Shown here: one piece after another, positions 11,878 through 21,780 of the stretch
Layout: the number at the start of each line of letters is the position of its first letter
How positions within the stretch are numbered: position 1 is the stretch's first letter
NCBI GenBank assembly: GCA_963815195.1
Contig: CAWFGE010000013.1
Location: 64,001 to 128,000, forward strand
Reading direction: 5' to 3'
Source: an uncultured Planctomycetaceae bacterium
GTDB taxonomy: Bacteria > Planctomycetota > Planctomycetia > Planctomycetales > Planctomycetaceae
DNA length: 64,000 bases
The notes under the pieces: generated by a model
Told to the model about the DNA's origin: nothing
The model's input: only the letters and a program-made list of their open reading frames with translations
Databases searched by the model: none
Made by a program: the position numbers and the translations under genes

Positions 11878-12267
11878 TACGAGTCCTCCCGCAAGATGGA
11901 TTCCAGGACGCTGCCGTTCCCGCTGGGAAAGTTTTTTCTGATCGACGAGCCGGAGCAGCAGTTTTTCCCGCGATCCGCCGAAGACCTTTTCGATCAAGTC
12001 GCCCAGGAGACTCTGCGACACCTCGTCGAAGGTCTTGAGCGGCCGATACAAAAACGGCCGCTCGGCGTTGGTTTGCTCCAAGAAGTCTTTCTCGGCCAGG
12101 ATGCGGACCAGCGTGGCCACCGTGGTGTAAGCCAGGTCCCGGCCCTGCTTGGCCAAGGCGTCGCGCACGTCGGCGACGGTGAGTTCCCCCGCCGCCTCGG
12201 CCGACCAGAAGACGTGCATGATTTCCAATTCCCGCTCGGTGAGTTCTTTGGATCGCGGACGCGCCAT
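11877..12267 (-). CDS. BlaI/MecI/CopY-family transcriptional repressor (frameshift near the 3' end)
   Basis: LTERELEIMHVFW, LAYTTVATLVRILAEK, FGGS. A 1-nt shift near 11910 restores ...LESILREDS* with a TAATG stop/start overlap into the M56 gene. Confidence 0.88.
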
Positions 12268-12370
12268 TACGTGTTCTCCTCCAGGATCGTTCGAGAACTA
12301 GATCCGTTTCCATCAGCCGGAACGCGCTAATGTCCTATGAACCAGGGCTAGGGCCCTGCGGCTAATGATT

Positions 12371-12423
12371 GATTTGGTTTTTTAGATTTGGTTTTATAGT
12401 AACCTGTGGATCGAAGTTGTCAA
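12371..12423 (-). promoter_or_regulatory. sigma70-type promoter of blaI with a direct-repeat operator candidate
   Basis: On the minus strand TTGACA-N16-TACTAT (12423-12396), followed at once by AAAACCAAATC twice (12395-12385 and 12381-12371). Confidence 0.6.
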
Positions 12424-12514
12424 CAGAAAAATCCGAAAACCGAATCTCGAATTCCGACTTCGGATTTTCAGCAGATAACGCGCAGAATCGCGTACGCTCA
12501 TTTACAATCTTCCA

Positions 12515-13487
12515 ATGTCTTCTACTTCGTTCCCGCCCTTTTGTCCGCATCCTTTGGTTCGGGGCGGGCATGCGCAGACGTTGGCGGCTTATTGTTGGCC
12601 GGGAAGGGCCGAATACTGCGCGTCCCGGCACCGGGTGATGTTGGCGGATCAGGACGTGGTCGTGCTGCACGACGATTGCCCGCCGGAGTGGTCCGCGGGC
12701 GAGCGGGCGGCATTGTTGATGCCCGGGTTGGCGGGCTGCCATCGGAGCGGTTATCTGGCGCGGACGGCCGGCAAGCTCAACTCGCGCGGCGTGCGGACGT
12801 TTCGCATGGATCAGCGCGGCTGGGGAGCCGGGGCCGGTTTGGCGCGGCATCCCTTTCACGCCGGGCGCAGCGAGGACGTGCTCGCGGCGCTGCGATTCAT
12901 TGCGGAATTGTGCCCCGGTTCGCCGTTGGCCGCGGCTGGGTTTTCGCTCAGCGGGAATGTTGTGTTAAAGCTGTTGGGCGAAGGCTCCGATCGGCTGCCC
13001 GCGGAACTGGACCGCGCGGCCGCGCTCACGCCGCCCGTGGACCTGGCCGCATGCGCCGATTGGATGGAACGCCCGGCCAACCGGCTCTACAACCGCTACC
13101 TGACAGGCTGTTTGCTCAAACATCTGCGGGAGAGTGGCCGCCCGCTGCCTGCGAGGAACGGCGATTCCAAATCGCTTCCGAAAACGCTCCGCGAATTTGA
13201 CGACCGCTACACCGCGCCCGCAGCGGGGTTTGACTCCGCCGAGGATTATTACGCTCAATCCAGACTCCGCACCGCTGATTGAGCGGATTGAGATCCCCAC
13301 ATTGATTGTCGCGGCGGCGGATGATCCGATGATTCCCGCGGCCTCGTTCGGCGGTGTGGCGATGAGCGAAAGCGTGCATCTCCATATTTCCGGGTCCGGC
13401 GGGCATTTGGGATTCATCGCCCGCGGCGGCCCGGATCCCGATCGCCGCTGGCTGGACTGGCGGATCGTGGATTGGTTTACGATGTAA
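12515..13487 (+). CDS. YheT-like alpha/beta hydrolase (frameshift near 13265)
   Basis: GGHAQTL, GFSLSG nucleophile elbow and LREFDDRYTAP, continuing in the other frame as IPTLIVAAADDPMIP...GGHLGF. Confidence 0.85.
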
Positions 13488-13503
13488 GCGGCGGGACGAG
13501 TCC

Positions 13504-13542
13504 AAAAGAAAAACCGGACGGGGCTGGGGGTTCCCGTCCGGT
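13504..13542 (-). terminator. intrinsic terminator between convergent genes
   Basis: Stem accggacggg/cccgtccggt with an A-tract on the + strand, which is a U-tail on the minus strand. Confidence 0.65.
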
Positions 13543-13566
13543 CGATTTGGGAAATTCGCGGAGCCG

Positions 13567-14667
13567 TTATTTTCGCTGTCGGCCGGCGGCGCGGTTCGAA
13601 AGTTCCCGCACCCGCAGCTCGCGAACGATGTAGGAGCCCTGGCCGACTTTGCGAACGTAGAACTGCAGAATCTTGTCGTTGTTGTTTTGGAAGCTGACGA
13701 CCGTGTCGCGCTCCACGCGTTTGGAGTTGACGGGCTTGACCTGGCCCATCAAATCGTGGGCTTCCTTCATGTCGGCCGCGGAGGGGCCTTTTCGCAGTTT
13801 TTCGAGCAATCCCACGGCTTCTTCGGAAATGAGGGAATCGAGACCGTCGGTTTGTCCGTGGGCGACTTTGAGGACCAGGTCCACGGCGGTGTATTCCGGC
13901 GTGCCTTCTTTGACGCCGGGAATATCCGTGGGCTTGGTGACATTTTGTTGGCCGCTGCCCTCGGCACCCGCCCCGCCTTCGCCCGCCGCGCCGTCCATCG
14001 GATTGCCGGCGATCGGGGGCATCGCTCCGTCTGCCATCGGATCTTCGGCCATCGGATCCATCGGCCCGTCTCCGTGACCGCCGCCTTCGGCGGGAGCTTT
14101 GGGTTTCGACTTGTTTCCGCCGCCGAAGAAGTTAAACAGATTCCCGATGGCCGATTTCTTCTTAGGCGGCGTATTGTTGGCCGGTGCATCGCCGTGTCCG
14201 CCGGCGGGGTCGGCTTCCATCGGCGGGGCGTCTCCGTGGGCGGCCCCATCGCCATGCGCGGCCCCATCGCCGGGCGCGGCTCCATCGGGATCTCCCTCAC
14301 CGAAGAATTGGCGATTTCGAGAGCCGGTGCCATCGCCGTGACCGGCATCGGCCACGTCGGCTCCATCGGGCATCATCGGGTCGCCGTGCGCGCCGTCGGG
14401 CATCATCGGGTCACCGGCTTCCTCCATCATGGGATCGCCGTGTCCGCCGCCGTCCATCGGGTCGCCGCCTTCGGCCATCATGGGATCGCCGCCGCCGTCG
14501 TCGCCGTGTCCGCCGCCGCCCATCGCTGGGTCGTCGGCCGGCGTGGCGTTCATATCCGGGGCTTGATCGTTGCTCGCGGTCTGATTGCCGGCCTGGTCGT
14601 CCTTTTTGCCGCACCCGGCGAGAGGCAGCACCAAGAGAGCCAGGGCCAACACAAACAGGTTTCTCAT
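13567..14667 (-). CDS. hypothetical lipoprotein with HGD/DPM low-complexity repeats
   Basis: ATG 14667 after GAGGAAGG; lipobox LAGC; Gly/Asp/His/Met-rich repeats; apparently globular C-terminal domain. Confidence 0.8.
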   Translation of the reverse strand: MRNLFVLALALLVLPLAGCGKKDDQAGNQTASNDQAPDMNATPADDPAMGGGGHGDDGGGDPMMAEGGDPMDGGGHGDPMMEEAGDPMMPDGAHGDPMMPDGADVADAGHGDGTGSRNRQFFGEGDPDGAAPGDGAAHGDGAAHGDAPPMEADPAGGHGDAPANNTPPKKKSAIGNLFNFFGGGNKSKPKAPAEGGGHGDGPMDPMAEDPMADGAMPPIAGNPMDGAAGEGGAGAEGSGQQNVTKPTDIPGVKEGTPEYTAVDLVLKVAHGQTDGLDSLISEEAVGLLEKLRKGPSAADMKEAHDLMGQVKPVNSKRVERDTVVSFQNNNDKILQFYVRKVGQGSYIVRELRVRELSNRAAGRQRK

Positions 14668-14950
14668 TTTCGATCCCTTCCTCAAATAGAAGGCGTGCGC
14701 ATCCAACCCGCGAAGGTCGGCTTGGAAGAGGATGAAGTTGTTTGAGGGCTTCTCCTCCAGAGACTGCCCGCTATCATACTGGCAACCGCCCCGAAAATTC
14801 AATCATAGATCGGTTGTTCAGGCAATTCGCGCGGCCTACTGCAAACCCTGGCGTGTCTAGCCTTCGGCCGCTACGATGCGCTCGAAGACGCTGTTTCGAC
14901 GCATGAATCCACCACACAAGGGATCGGGAAGAAGAGGAAAGAGACACATC

Positions 14951-15745
14951 ATGGCCGCGCCGAGGGTCTGCGTGCTGCGGGCACCGGGAACCAATTGCGA
15001 TCTGGAAACCGCCTTTGCCTTTGAAAATTGCGGAGGCCGGGCCGACCGCGTGCACTTGATGCGGCTGTTCGAGTCACCCGGTTTGCTCGCCGACTATCAA
15101 GTGCTCTGCGTGCCCGGCGGGTTCAGTTACGGCGACGACATCGGCGCGGGCGTGATCTTTTCGCGGAAGCTCAGCGGGCAACTCGAAGCGATGCTGGGCG
15201 AATTTCTCAGTCGGGACACCTTGATCCTCGGCATCTGCAACGGGTTTCAGGTGCTGTTGAAAGCCGGCATCCTCCCCGACGGCACCACGAACTGGCCGCC
15301 CCAGGGCCCGGCCCCGGCGACGCTCACCTGGAACGACAACGGCAAATACACTGCGATTTGGGTCAGGCTGAAAGTTGCCGCGGAGCAAAACGTCTTTCTG
15401 CGGGGTCTGGACGAATTGTCATTGCCCATCGCCCACGGGGAGGGCAAGTTCGTCGCGCGGGAGGAATCCTTGATCGCCGACTGGCAGCGAAATTCCCAGA
15501 TCGCCCTCCGCTACGCCGACGGCGAACACTTGGGCGGGGACTTCCTGCCTTACCCGCACAATCCCAACGGTTCGATGGGGAACATTGCGGGATTAAGCGA
15601 CCGGACGGGCCGGGTGTTGGGCCTGATGCCGCACCCCGAGCGGTTCCTGCACCGCACCCAGCACCCGCAATGGACCCGCCGCGAGTTGGAACCCGAAGGC
15701 ACGGGCCAAAAACTCTTCCGCAACGCGGTGGAGTATTTTCAGTAA
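14951..15745 (+). CDS. purQ: phosphoribosylformylglycinamidine synthase glutaminase subunit
   Basis: PGTNCD, PGGFSYGD, GICNGFQ, AHGEG, NPNGS and MPHPER. Confidence 0.95.
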   Translation: MAAPRVCVLRAPGTNCDLETAFAFENCGGRADRVHLMRLFESPGLLADYQVLCVPGGFSYGDDIGAGVIFSRKLSGQLEAMLGEFLSRDTLILGICNGFQVLLKAGILPDGTTNWPPQGPAPATLTWNDNGKYTAIWVRLKVAAEQNVFLRGLDELSLPIAHGEGKFVAREESLIADWQRNSQIALRYADGEHLGGDFLPYPHNPNGSMGNIAGLSDRTGRVLGLMPHPERFLHRTQHPQWTRRELEPEGTGQKLFRNAVEYFQ

Positions 15746-15761
15746 TTGCTCGTCTCCAAAA

Positions 15762-15851
15762 GTGAGCGGCTAGCGCCGGGCCGCTCACAAAGCCGGCGGC
15801 TAGCGCCGGGCCGCTCACAAAGCCGGCGGCTAGCGCCGGGCCGCTCACAAA
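15762..15851. repeat. three tandem 30-bp REP-like units (family A: gcggctagcgccgggccgctcac)
   Basis: Exact 30-nt periodicity; related copies near 39822, 42175 and 48933. Confidence 0.9.
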
Positions 15852-15852
15852 A

Positions 15853-17430
15853 TCAAAAGGCTTGGGGCAGGACTTGCGAGAGCAGGACGGTGACGGCGAA
15901 GCTCACGAGGCCCATCAGGACCAGCATCGGCGTCCAGCTTTTGAGGGCTTCGGTTTCCGTGAGGCCGCCCATCTTGGCGAAGATCCAAAACCCGCTGTCG
16001 TTCATCCAGGACCCGACCAGCGAGCCGGCTCCGATGGCGGTCGCGAGATAGACGGGATGGAACGGCGGCGGGCTGCCTTGGATCATCGTGGCGAGCATGC
16101 CCGATCCGACGATCATCGCCGCGGTGCTCGAGCCTTGGGCGATCTTGAGCAGCACGGCGATCCCGAAGCCCAGCAGCAACAGCATCAGCCCTTCGCCGGA
16201 GGAGTCGCCGAACAGATCTTGAATGGCGGGGCCGATATTGGCGACTTTGAGCATCGCCCCGAAGGCGGTCCCGGCGGCTGTGATCAGAATAATCACGCCG
16301 GCGCTCATCAAGGCGAGTTCGACGGTTTTGGAGAGCTCGACCAGACTGGGCCGGCGTTGTTTGATCAGGAGCACGAGGGCAATCGCCGTGGAAAGCAGCA
16401 AGGCGAAATTCGCATTGCCGAGCATCGCAGTATAGCGGGTGGCCTGCGCCCAAAAGCCGGCCTTGGCCCTCAATTGACTTTCGGTTTGATCGAGCTTGGC
16501 TTTCGCGGCCTTCAATTCAATTTCGACCGTTTTCCGCTTCGCCTGCAGCGGGACTTTGTCGCTGGCGAGACCGATCTGCTTGTCGAGCGCCGCCAGCTGC
16601 AGTTTCAAGCCGGCATCTTCTTCCGTCAGGCCCGCCAGTTCGCTTTTGAGCGTGGGGGCCGCGTTTTTCTCCATCGTATCCGCAACCGTGTGGCAGGCGA
16701 TCAAGATCACCGGCAACAGCACCGGCAACAAGGAAACAACGAGCCCCGGTAGTTCTTCATCACTGAGCGGCTCGCGGTCTTCTTCTTCGGAAACCGTGCG
16801 GAGCGGGATATTCATCCGCCGGTCGAGGATGCGCGCGAAGGTGATGCCCGCCACCGCCGCCGGCAGCGCCACCAGCGCCCCGATGACAATCATCACGCCC
16901 AAGTCCACGCCGAGTTGAGCGGCCATCACCAAGGGGCCCGGCGTGGGCGGCACGAGGGTGTGCGTGATCGCCCCGCCCGCCGCGATCGCCAGAATGCACA
17001 AGAGATAGTTTTTGCCCGTCCGCTTGTAGAACGAACGGGCCAACGGCACGAGCAGATAGAACACCGTATCGAAGAACACCGGCACCGCCAGGACGTAACC
17101 GCTGCCCATCAGCGCCCAAGGCGATCGCTCTTCGCCCAGGACATTCAGGAAGGACCGCACGATGCGGTCGGCGGCTCCGCTGTCCATCATGCATTGGCCG
17201 ATGATCGCCGCCAGCGCGATGACGATCCCGATGCTCGTCGCCCCGCCGCCGAAGGCCTCGGCCACGCGGTTGATGGAGTTGGGCAGATCGTCCGGCTTGT
17301 TGACGCACGCCAGCAAGCTCACCACAACCGCCGCCGTGATGAGCGCCAAAAACGCGTTGATCTTGAACCGGATAATCATTCCCAGCACGATGGCGATGCC
17401 GATCGCCAGAATGAGGAGCGGATGAATCAT
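15853..17430 (-). CDS. GntP-family permease with an inserted coiled-coil
   Basis: ATG 17430; [39 protein letters not shown] and SWMNDSGFW. Confidence 0.9.
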   Translation of the reverse strand: MIHPLLILAIGIAIVLGMIIRFKINAFLALITAAVVVSLLACVNKPDDLPNSINRVAEAFGGGATSIGIVIALAAIIGQCMMDSGAADRIVRSFLNVLGEERSPWALMGSGYVLAVPVFFDTVFYLLVPLARSFYKRTGKNYLLCILAIAAGGAITHTLVPPTPGPLVMAAQLGVDLGVMIVIGALVALPAAVAGITFARILDRRMNIPLRTVSEEEDREPLSDEELPGLVVSLLPVLLPVILIACHTVADTMEKNAAPTLKSELAGLTEEDAGLKLQLAALDKQIGLASDKVPLQAKRKTVEIELKAAKAKLDQTESQLRAKAGFWAQATRYTAMLGNANFALLLSTAIALVLLIKQRRPSLVELSKTVELALMSAGVIILITAAGTAFGAMLKVANIGPAIQDLFGDSSGEGLMLLLLGFGIAVLLKIAQGSSTAAMIVGSGMLATMIQGSPPPFHPVYLATAIGAGSLVGSWMNDSGFWIFAKMGGLTETEALKSWTPMLVLMGLVSFAVTVLLSQVLPQAF

Positions 17431-17643
17431 ACGAAAAATCTCCGGGCGGACTCTCGATGGAATGCGGCAATGCGGGAAAATCAAGGGGAGTTTGCGAGCA
17501 TCGCATAAGCGGCGGCCCATCGCAAGCGCAGCCCGCGGGAAACGGATACCCGCACCCAAATCGTCCGCCGAAGAGCATCTTTTTCTGGAAAATCCTGCTA
17601 TGCTGAAGGGCAACCGCGAACTTCTAAAACCCCGAGAAAGCCA

Positions 17644-17892
17644 ATGACCAATCCTTCCTACGATTCGATCACCTGGGTGTTTTGGTCGATTGAATACGAG
17701 CTTCCCAACCTCAGCTTGAGGCTCACGTGCGCGATCGATGCGTCCGATGCGGTGACCGAGGAAGAGGCTGTCGCGAATTTCCGCAAGCGGCGGCCACACG
17801 GGCGGATCAAAAAAATCAACGGCCGGCCGGTGAACGACAACGGCGTGGACGTCACGCCGCTCGAGGACGGGGACACCGAATCGGATTCGTGA
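17644..17892 (+). CDS. small hypothetical protein
   Basis: 82 aa ATG ORF in an otherwise free intergenic space, with plausible composition. Confidence 0.5.
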   Translation: MTNPSYDSITWVFWSIEYELPNLSLRLTCAIDASDAVTEEEAVANFRKRRPHGRIKKINGRPVNDNGVDVTPLEDGDTESDS

Positions 17893-17933
17893 TGTCGCCG
17901 GCGCGGTTCGTCGAGTTTGGGTTTTTCCGAATG

Positions 17934-17961
17934 ACCAGGAGGCTGACGCCTCCCGCTCGCC
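17934..17961. repeat. REP-like palindrome (family B: accagggggcttacgcccccgctcgcc)
   Basis: Related copies at 21092-21119, 28011-28039, 32262-32290, 43257-43284 and 45488-45515. Confidence 0.75.
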
Positions 17962-18058
17962 TGGTTCTGGATTTGTCATCGGATTGGCTTGACTGGTCTT
18001 TTTTGGGCGGGGGAATTGATTAGGATGAAAAGACCAGTGCAAAAAGGAAGCAACCGTT

Positions 18059-19393
18059 ATGGGCAGAAACGTTTTGATCGTGGGCGGCGGGTTCGCCGGG
18101 CTGAATGCCGCCAAGGTTCTGGGCAGCAAGCGGGACGTGGATGTCACGCTGGTGGACCGGCAGAACCATCATCTGTTCCAGCCGCTGTTGTACCAGGTGG
18201 CGACCGCGGGGCTGAGTCCGGCCGACATCGCCGCGCCCATTCGCAGCATCTTGTCGCCTTTCAAAAACATCCGCGTGCTGCAGGGGACGGCCCTGCGGAT
18301 TCATCTCGAGCGGTCCGTCGTCCGGTTCGACATCGGGGAAATGGCGTATGACGATTTGATCGTCGCCTGCGGCTCGGCCCACAGTTATTTCGGACACGAG
18401 GAATGGGAAGAATACGCCCCCGGTCTCAAGACGGTCGCCCAAGCGACCGAGATCCGCCGGCGGGTGCTCTCGGCATTTGAACGCGCGGAGCGGGCCGACA
18501 GCATCGACGAGCAGAAAAGTTGCCTGTCGTTCGTGATCGTGGGCGGCGGTCCGACGGGCGTGGAACTGGCGGGGGCGATCGGCGAAATGAGCCGGTTTAC
18601 GCTCGCCAAGGATTTCCGGCGAATCAACCCCCGGCTGACGCGGGTGATCCTGGTCGAAGCCGGTCCGCGGATCTTGCCGATGTTTTCGGAAAAACTCGCC
18701 AATCATGCCGTCCGCGATTTGGAAAAGCTGGGCGTGCAGATTTGGACATCTTCCGTAGTGACGCACGTGGATGCCCACGGCGTCGAGTTGGGGGATGAGC
18801 GATTGCATGCCGCCACCGTGCTCTGGGCCGCGGGAAATGAAGCCTCCGAGCTCGGCCCCCTAAGCGACATCCAAACGGACAACCGCGGGCGGATGGTCGT
18901 CGAGAAGGATCTGAGCCTGCCGGACTATCCCCACGTGTTCGTCGCCGGCGACCAGGCGATCTTCACCCACCAGACGGGCCGGCCGCTGCCCGGCACCGCG
19001 CCGGTGGCGATTCAGCAGGGGCGGTTCATCGGCAAGACGATCCTCCGCGATCTCCAAGGCCAGCCCCGCGAGGAATTTCACTTCGTGGACAAAGGCCAAA
19101 TGGCGACCATCGGCCGCAGCCGGGCGATTGCGGAGCGGGGACGGTTTCGCTTCACCGGCTGGCTGGCGTGGTTCACCTGGCTCGTGGTCCACATCTATTA
19201 CTTGACGGGCTTTCGGAACCGCGTGTTCGTCGTGATGCAGTGGGCCTTCTCTTACCTGAGCTTCCGCCGCGGCGCCCGGTTGATCGTCGAAAAAGAATGG
19301 AAGAAAGAGCACCTCGCCCCCACCGAGGAAACCCCCGGCGCCCCGGCGGTGGAAGTCGCGGCGGTGGAAGTCGCGGCGGACAAGAAGGATTGA
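18059..19393 (+). CDS. ndh: type II NADH:quinone oxidoreductase (NDH-2)
   Basis: [35 protein letters not shown] and [10 protein letters not shown]. Confidence 0.92.
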   Translation: MGRNVLIVGGGFAGLNAAKVLGSKRDVDVTLVDRQNHHLFQPLLYQVATAGLSPADIAAPIRSILSPFKNIRVLQGTALRIHLERSVVRFDIGEMAYDDLIVACGSAHSYFGHEEWEEYAPGLKTVAQATEIRRRVLSAFERAERADSIDEQKSCLSFVIVGGGPTGVELAGAIGEMSRFTLAKDFRRINPRLTRVILVEAGPRILPMFSEKLANHAVRDLEKLGVQIWTSSVVTHVDAHGVELGDERLHAATVLWAAGNEASELGPLSDIQTDNRGRMVVEKDLSLPDYPHVFVAGDQAIFTHQTGRPLPGTAPVAIQQGRFIGKTILRDLQGQPREEFHFVDKGQMATIGRSRAIAERGRFRFTGWLAWFTWLVVHIYYLTGFRNRVFVVMQWAFSYLSFRRGARLIVEKEWKKEHLAPTEETPGAPAVEVAAVEVAADKKD

Positions 19394-19419
19394 GAAGCGG
19401 AGAGCCGGAACGCGATGAG

Positions 19420-19617
19420 CTACGAGGCTTCAAAGAATCGCCGGGTGCTGCCGCCTTCTGGGACGACGTCCACGCGGACCTGTTTTGCACAGCGGGGGCA
19501 CCAGCCGACATAGGCGTTTTTGCTGGCGTTCAGATACAGCCGGGTGTAAACATTGCAGCAGCGCATATGCACGCCCAAAAATGGGCGTCCGCCGGAACCG
19601 GCAGGCGATACGGACAT
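19420..19617 (-). CDS. small Cys-rich hypothetical protein
   Basis: RPFLGVHMRCCNVY...GWCPRC; GAGGA upstream of ATG 19617. Confidence 0.7.
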   Translation of the reverse strand: MSVSPAGSGGRPFLGVHMRCCNVYTRLYLNASKNAYVGWCPRCAKQVRVDVVPEGGSTRRFFEAS

Positions 19618-19827
19618 GGATCGATCCTCGTGACCGAAAATTGCAACAACCGAATTATGGAGCACAAAATCATGTCCGGCGATCGGGGCGGCGGCTTTGT
19701 CAGAAGACGGCTTCAGATTTCAAATGATTCTGTGCCCCATGATTTTGTAATGATTGCCAATGCCGTTTTTTCTTCGTGCCTTCGTGGTTTTCCCTCTGGG
19801 AGGTTGTACGCCACATTCGCGTTTTCA

Positions 19828-20184
19828 TCAATCGGAATCCGCGACGAACGGCCGGCGGAGGTTTAGGCATTCCGGGCCGGCGAGTTCGTAATCCCGGCAG
19901 ACCACCGGCCGCCATTCGTAATGCTGGCAGGACTGCGTGTCCGGATCGTACCACAGGCAGCGGTCTTGCGGTTCCTGTCCGCGAAACAGCCCCGCGAAAT
20001 GCCGATCGATTTCCTCGATCAACGGGGCGGGCAATCCCTCCGGGCGGAAGGGATGCGCGTCCTCCCAAGCCGGCCGCGATTGATACAACAGCACCGGCGA
20101 GCCGATGCCCTGGCAGCACAGCCCGCACCCGGCACAGGATTCCGGCGTGAGTTGATCGAACGCTTCCGCGGGCGATGCCGCCAT
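19828..20184 (-). CDS. YkgJ-family cysteine cluster protein
   Basis: CAGCGLCC...CLWYD...CQHYEWRPVVCRDY. Confidence 0.85.
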   Translation of the reverse strand: MAASPAEAFDQLTPESCAGCGLCCQGIGSPVLLYQSRPAWEDAHPFRPEGLPAPLIEEIDRHFAGLFRGQEPQDRCLWYDPDTQSCQHYEWRPVVCRDYELAGPECLNLRRPFVADSD

Positions 20185-20188
20185 CGGT

Positions 20189-21007
20189 TCAGCCTCCCAA
20201 GTCCCGCCTGAGATCCTCGAAAGCGGCTTGCATTTCGCTCAATTCCATCTGCACGCTTTCCAAGAGTTCCCGCAACTCGCGGTTTTCCGTCCGCAGATCT
20301 TCCAAGGCCGTTTCCACATCCGTAATCCGCGAGAGCGCGGCCGCTTCCAAATCGGGCTGATGCGCGGCGTGTCTGGGAGCGGCATGCGGCGCGGGGGCTT
20401 CGCCGCCCTCGGGCACGGCGTCTTTTTGCAGCGTCATGTTTTCCTTGGGCCGATACAGATTGTGATCGACCTCGGTGCCCCGGCGTTCCAGGTCGCCCGT
20501 GGTCTGGAGCAGATTCCTTTCCATCAGGCCTTCGAGTTCCGCGCGAAGCTGTTCCAGGGAATCGATCGGAACCATTCGGCTCGCGCGGGTCCGCAGTTCG
20601 CCCAAGCGCTGCCGGCCGCGAAGCATCAATTCGGTGAGGATCGCGAGTTGGGGTTCCGTCAGCGTGAAGCGGTGCCGCATGTAATGGCGAAACCGCGAAG
20701 TCCGGCCGGAATCGGTGTACACTTCGCCGATCAGCCCGAGATCGCGAAGCTGGTCGAGCGTGTCGAGGATTTGGGTTTCATCGTATTCCACGACGGGCGA
20801 GCGGTTGCTTTTCTGATTGCAGCCGGCCGTAAGGGCTTTGGGGGTCAGGGGATATTGGTCCGGCGTGGTGAAGGCTTTTTCCAACAGCACGCCGAGCACC
20901 CGGCGCTGCTGCCGGCTGAGTTCGGTAATCGGCGGAGCGTTTTCGGGAGGGGGTTCGGTCAACACAAGCGCACCTTTCCAACGCAAAATCGCGGGGACTC
21001 GTTCCAT
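20189..21007 (-). CDS. DUF480/YceH-family protein
   Basis: RVLGVLLEKAFTTPDQYPLT...CNQKSNRSP, LMLRGRQRLGELRTRASRM and a C-terminal coiled coil. The start may lie further downstream. Confidence 0.88.
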   Translation of the reverse strand: MERVPAILRWKGALVLTEPPPENAPPITELSRQQRRVLGVLLEKAFTTPDQYPLTPKALTAGCNQKSNRSPVVEYDETQILDTLDQLRDLGLIGEVYTDSGRTSRFRHYMRHRFTLTEPQLAILTELMLRGRQRLGELRTRASRMVPIDSLEQLRAELEGLMERNLLQTTGDLERRGTEVDHNLYRPKENMTLQKDAVPEGGEAPAPHAAPRHAAHQPDLEAAALSRITDVETALEDLRTENRELRELLESVQMELSEMQAAFEDLRRDLGG

Positions 21008-21091
21008 CCATCTCGGCGTTAGTTTGAAACACCCGAGTTTCGGACGTCAAGTCCCGGCCCGCAATTTCGAGGCGGCGCGCGAAACGAAAAC

Positions 21092-21255
21092 GGCGAGCGG
21101 CCGGCGTCAGCCGGCTGATCACTCCCGAATGCTTGTTGTCGCTTGGGTTTCAGTGCGTGACCTTCATTCCAATGATCACGGGGCTGACGCGTTGGGTGGC
21201 ACGCCCTGAGGTACGAAGGGCGTGGTCTTTCGATTCGCCACGCCCTTCGCTCCGC
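21092..21255. repeat. composite repeat: family-B doublet truncated by a family-C palindrome
   Basis: ggcgagcggccggcgtcagccggctgat...atcacggggctgacgc, then gggtggcacgccctgaggtacgaagggcgtgg...ccacgcccttcg. Confidence 0.7.
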
Positions 21256-21265
21256 TTCTTGAGGC

Positions 21266-21670
21266 TTATGAATCCGAGTCGCCCGTCTTTTTCGCGGGGG
21301 CGTCTTCTTTCTTGGTCGCGGATTTGCCGGTTTTCCGTTTGTCCTCGCGGGCTTTCAGCGCCTGCTTTTGTTCGTCCGTGAGCACGCCATAGATTTCCTC
21401 GGATTCTTTGTCTTTGAGCGCATCCAGTTGCTTCTGGAGTTCTTCGATCTGAACGTGATACTTCTCCTGTATCCCATAAATCATCGTGCGCTGCTGCTGC
21501 GTGAGACCGATTTGTCCATAGCCGTTGGGCAGCCGGCCCCGGAACTTCTTAGTGGTGGTTTTTGCAGTGTCTTTCGGGGTCTTGGTTTGGGTTTGCGCGA
21601 GCATGGTGGTTGTGGCGAACGCCAACACGCAGAAAATCAACCCATAGCGAACGGAAGAGGCACGAAACAT
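21266..21670 (-). CDS. secreted Lys-rich helical hypothetical protein
   Basis: Signal peptide; GRLPNGYGQIGLTQQQR...VLTDEQK (LTxxQ-like repeats). Confidence 0.75.
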   Translation of the reverse strand: MFRASSVRYGLIFCVLAFATTTMLAQTQTKTPKDTAKTTTKKFRGRLPNGYGQIGLTQQQRTMIYGIQEKYHVQIEELQKQLDALKDKESEEIYGVLTDEQKQALKAREDKRKTGKSATKKEDAPAKKTGDSDS

Positions 21671-21780
21671 CGGAGCGTTCCTTTTAAGAATTGGCCCAAA
21701 AAACCTCTCTGCCAACCTGTATGCCAGAGCATTAGTATCGTGCGCAAGCCATTCAGAATTTTCAACCCAAATTGCCTATT

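Noticed and set aside
11317..12267. Apparent BlaI-membrane domain fusion (316 aa)
   Set aside because: A single indel explains it; the TAATG stop/start overlap at 11875-11879 shows two coupled genes.
13255..13285. Possible selenocysteine readthrough or programmed frameshift in the hydrolase
   Set aside because: The continuation is in another frame and there is no slippery site; an indel error is simpler.
15762..15851. Possible CRISPR array
   Set aside because: The units abut without unique spacers, no cas genes are present, and the same motif is dispersed as a REP-like family.
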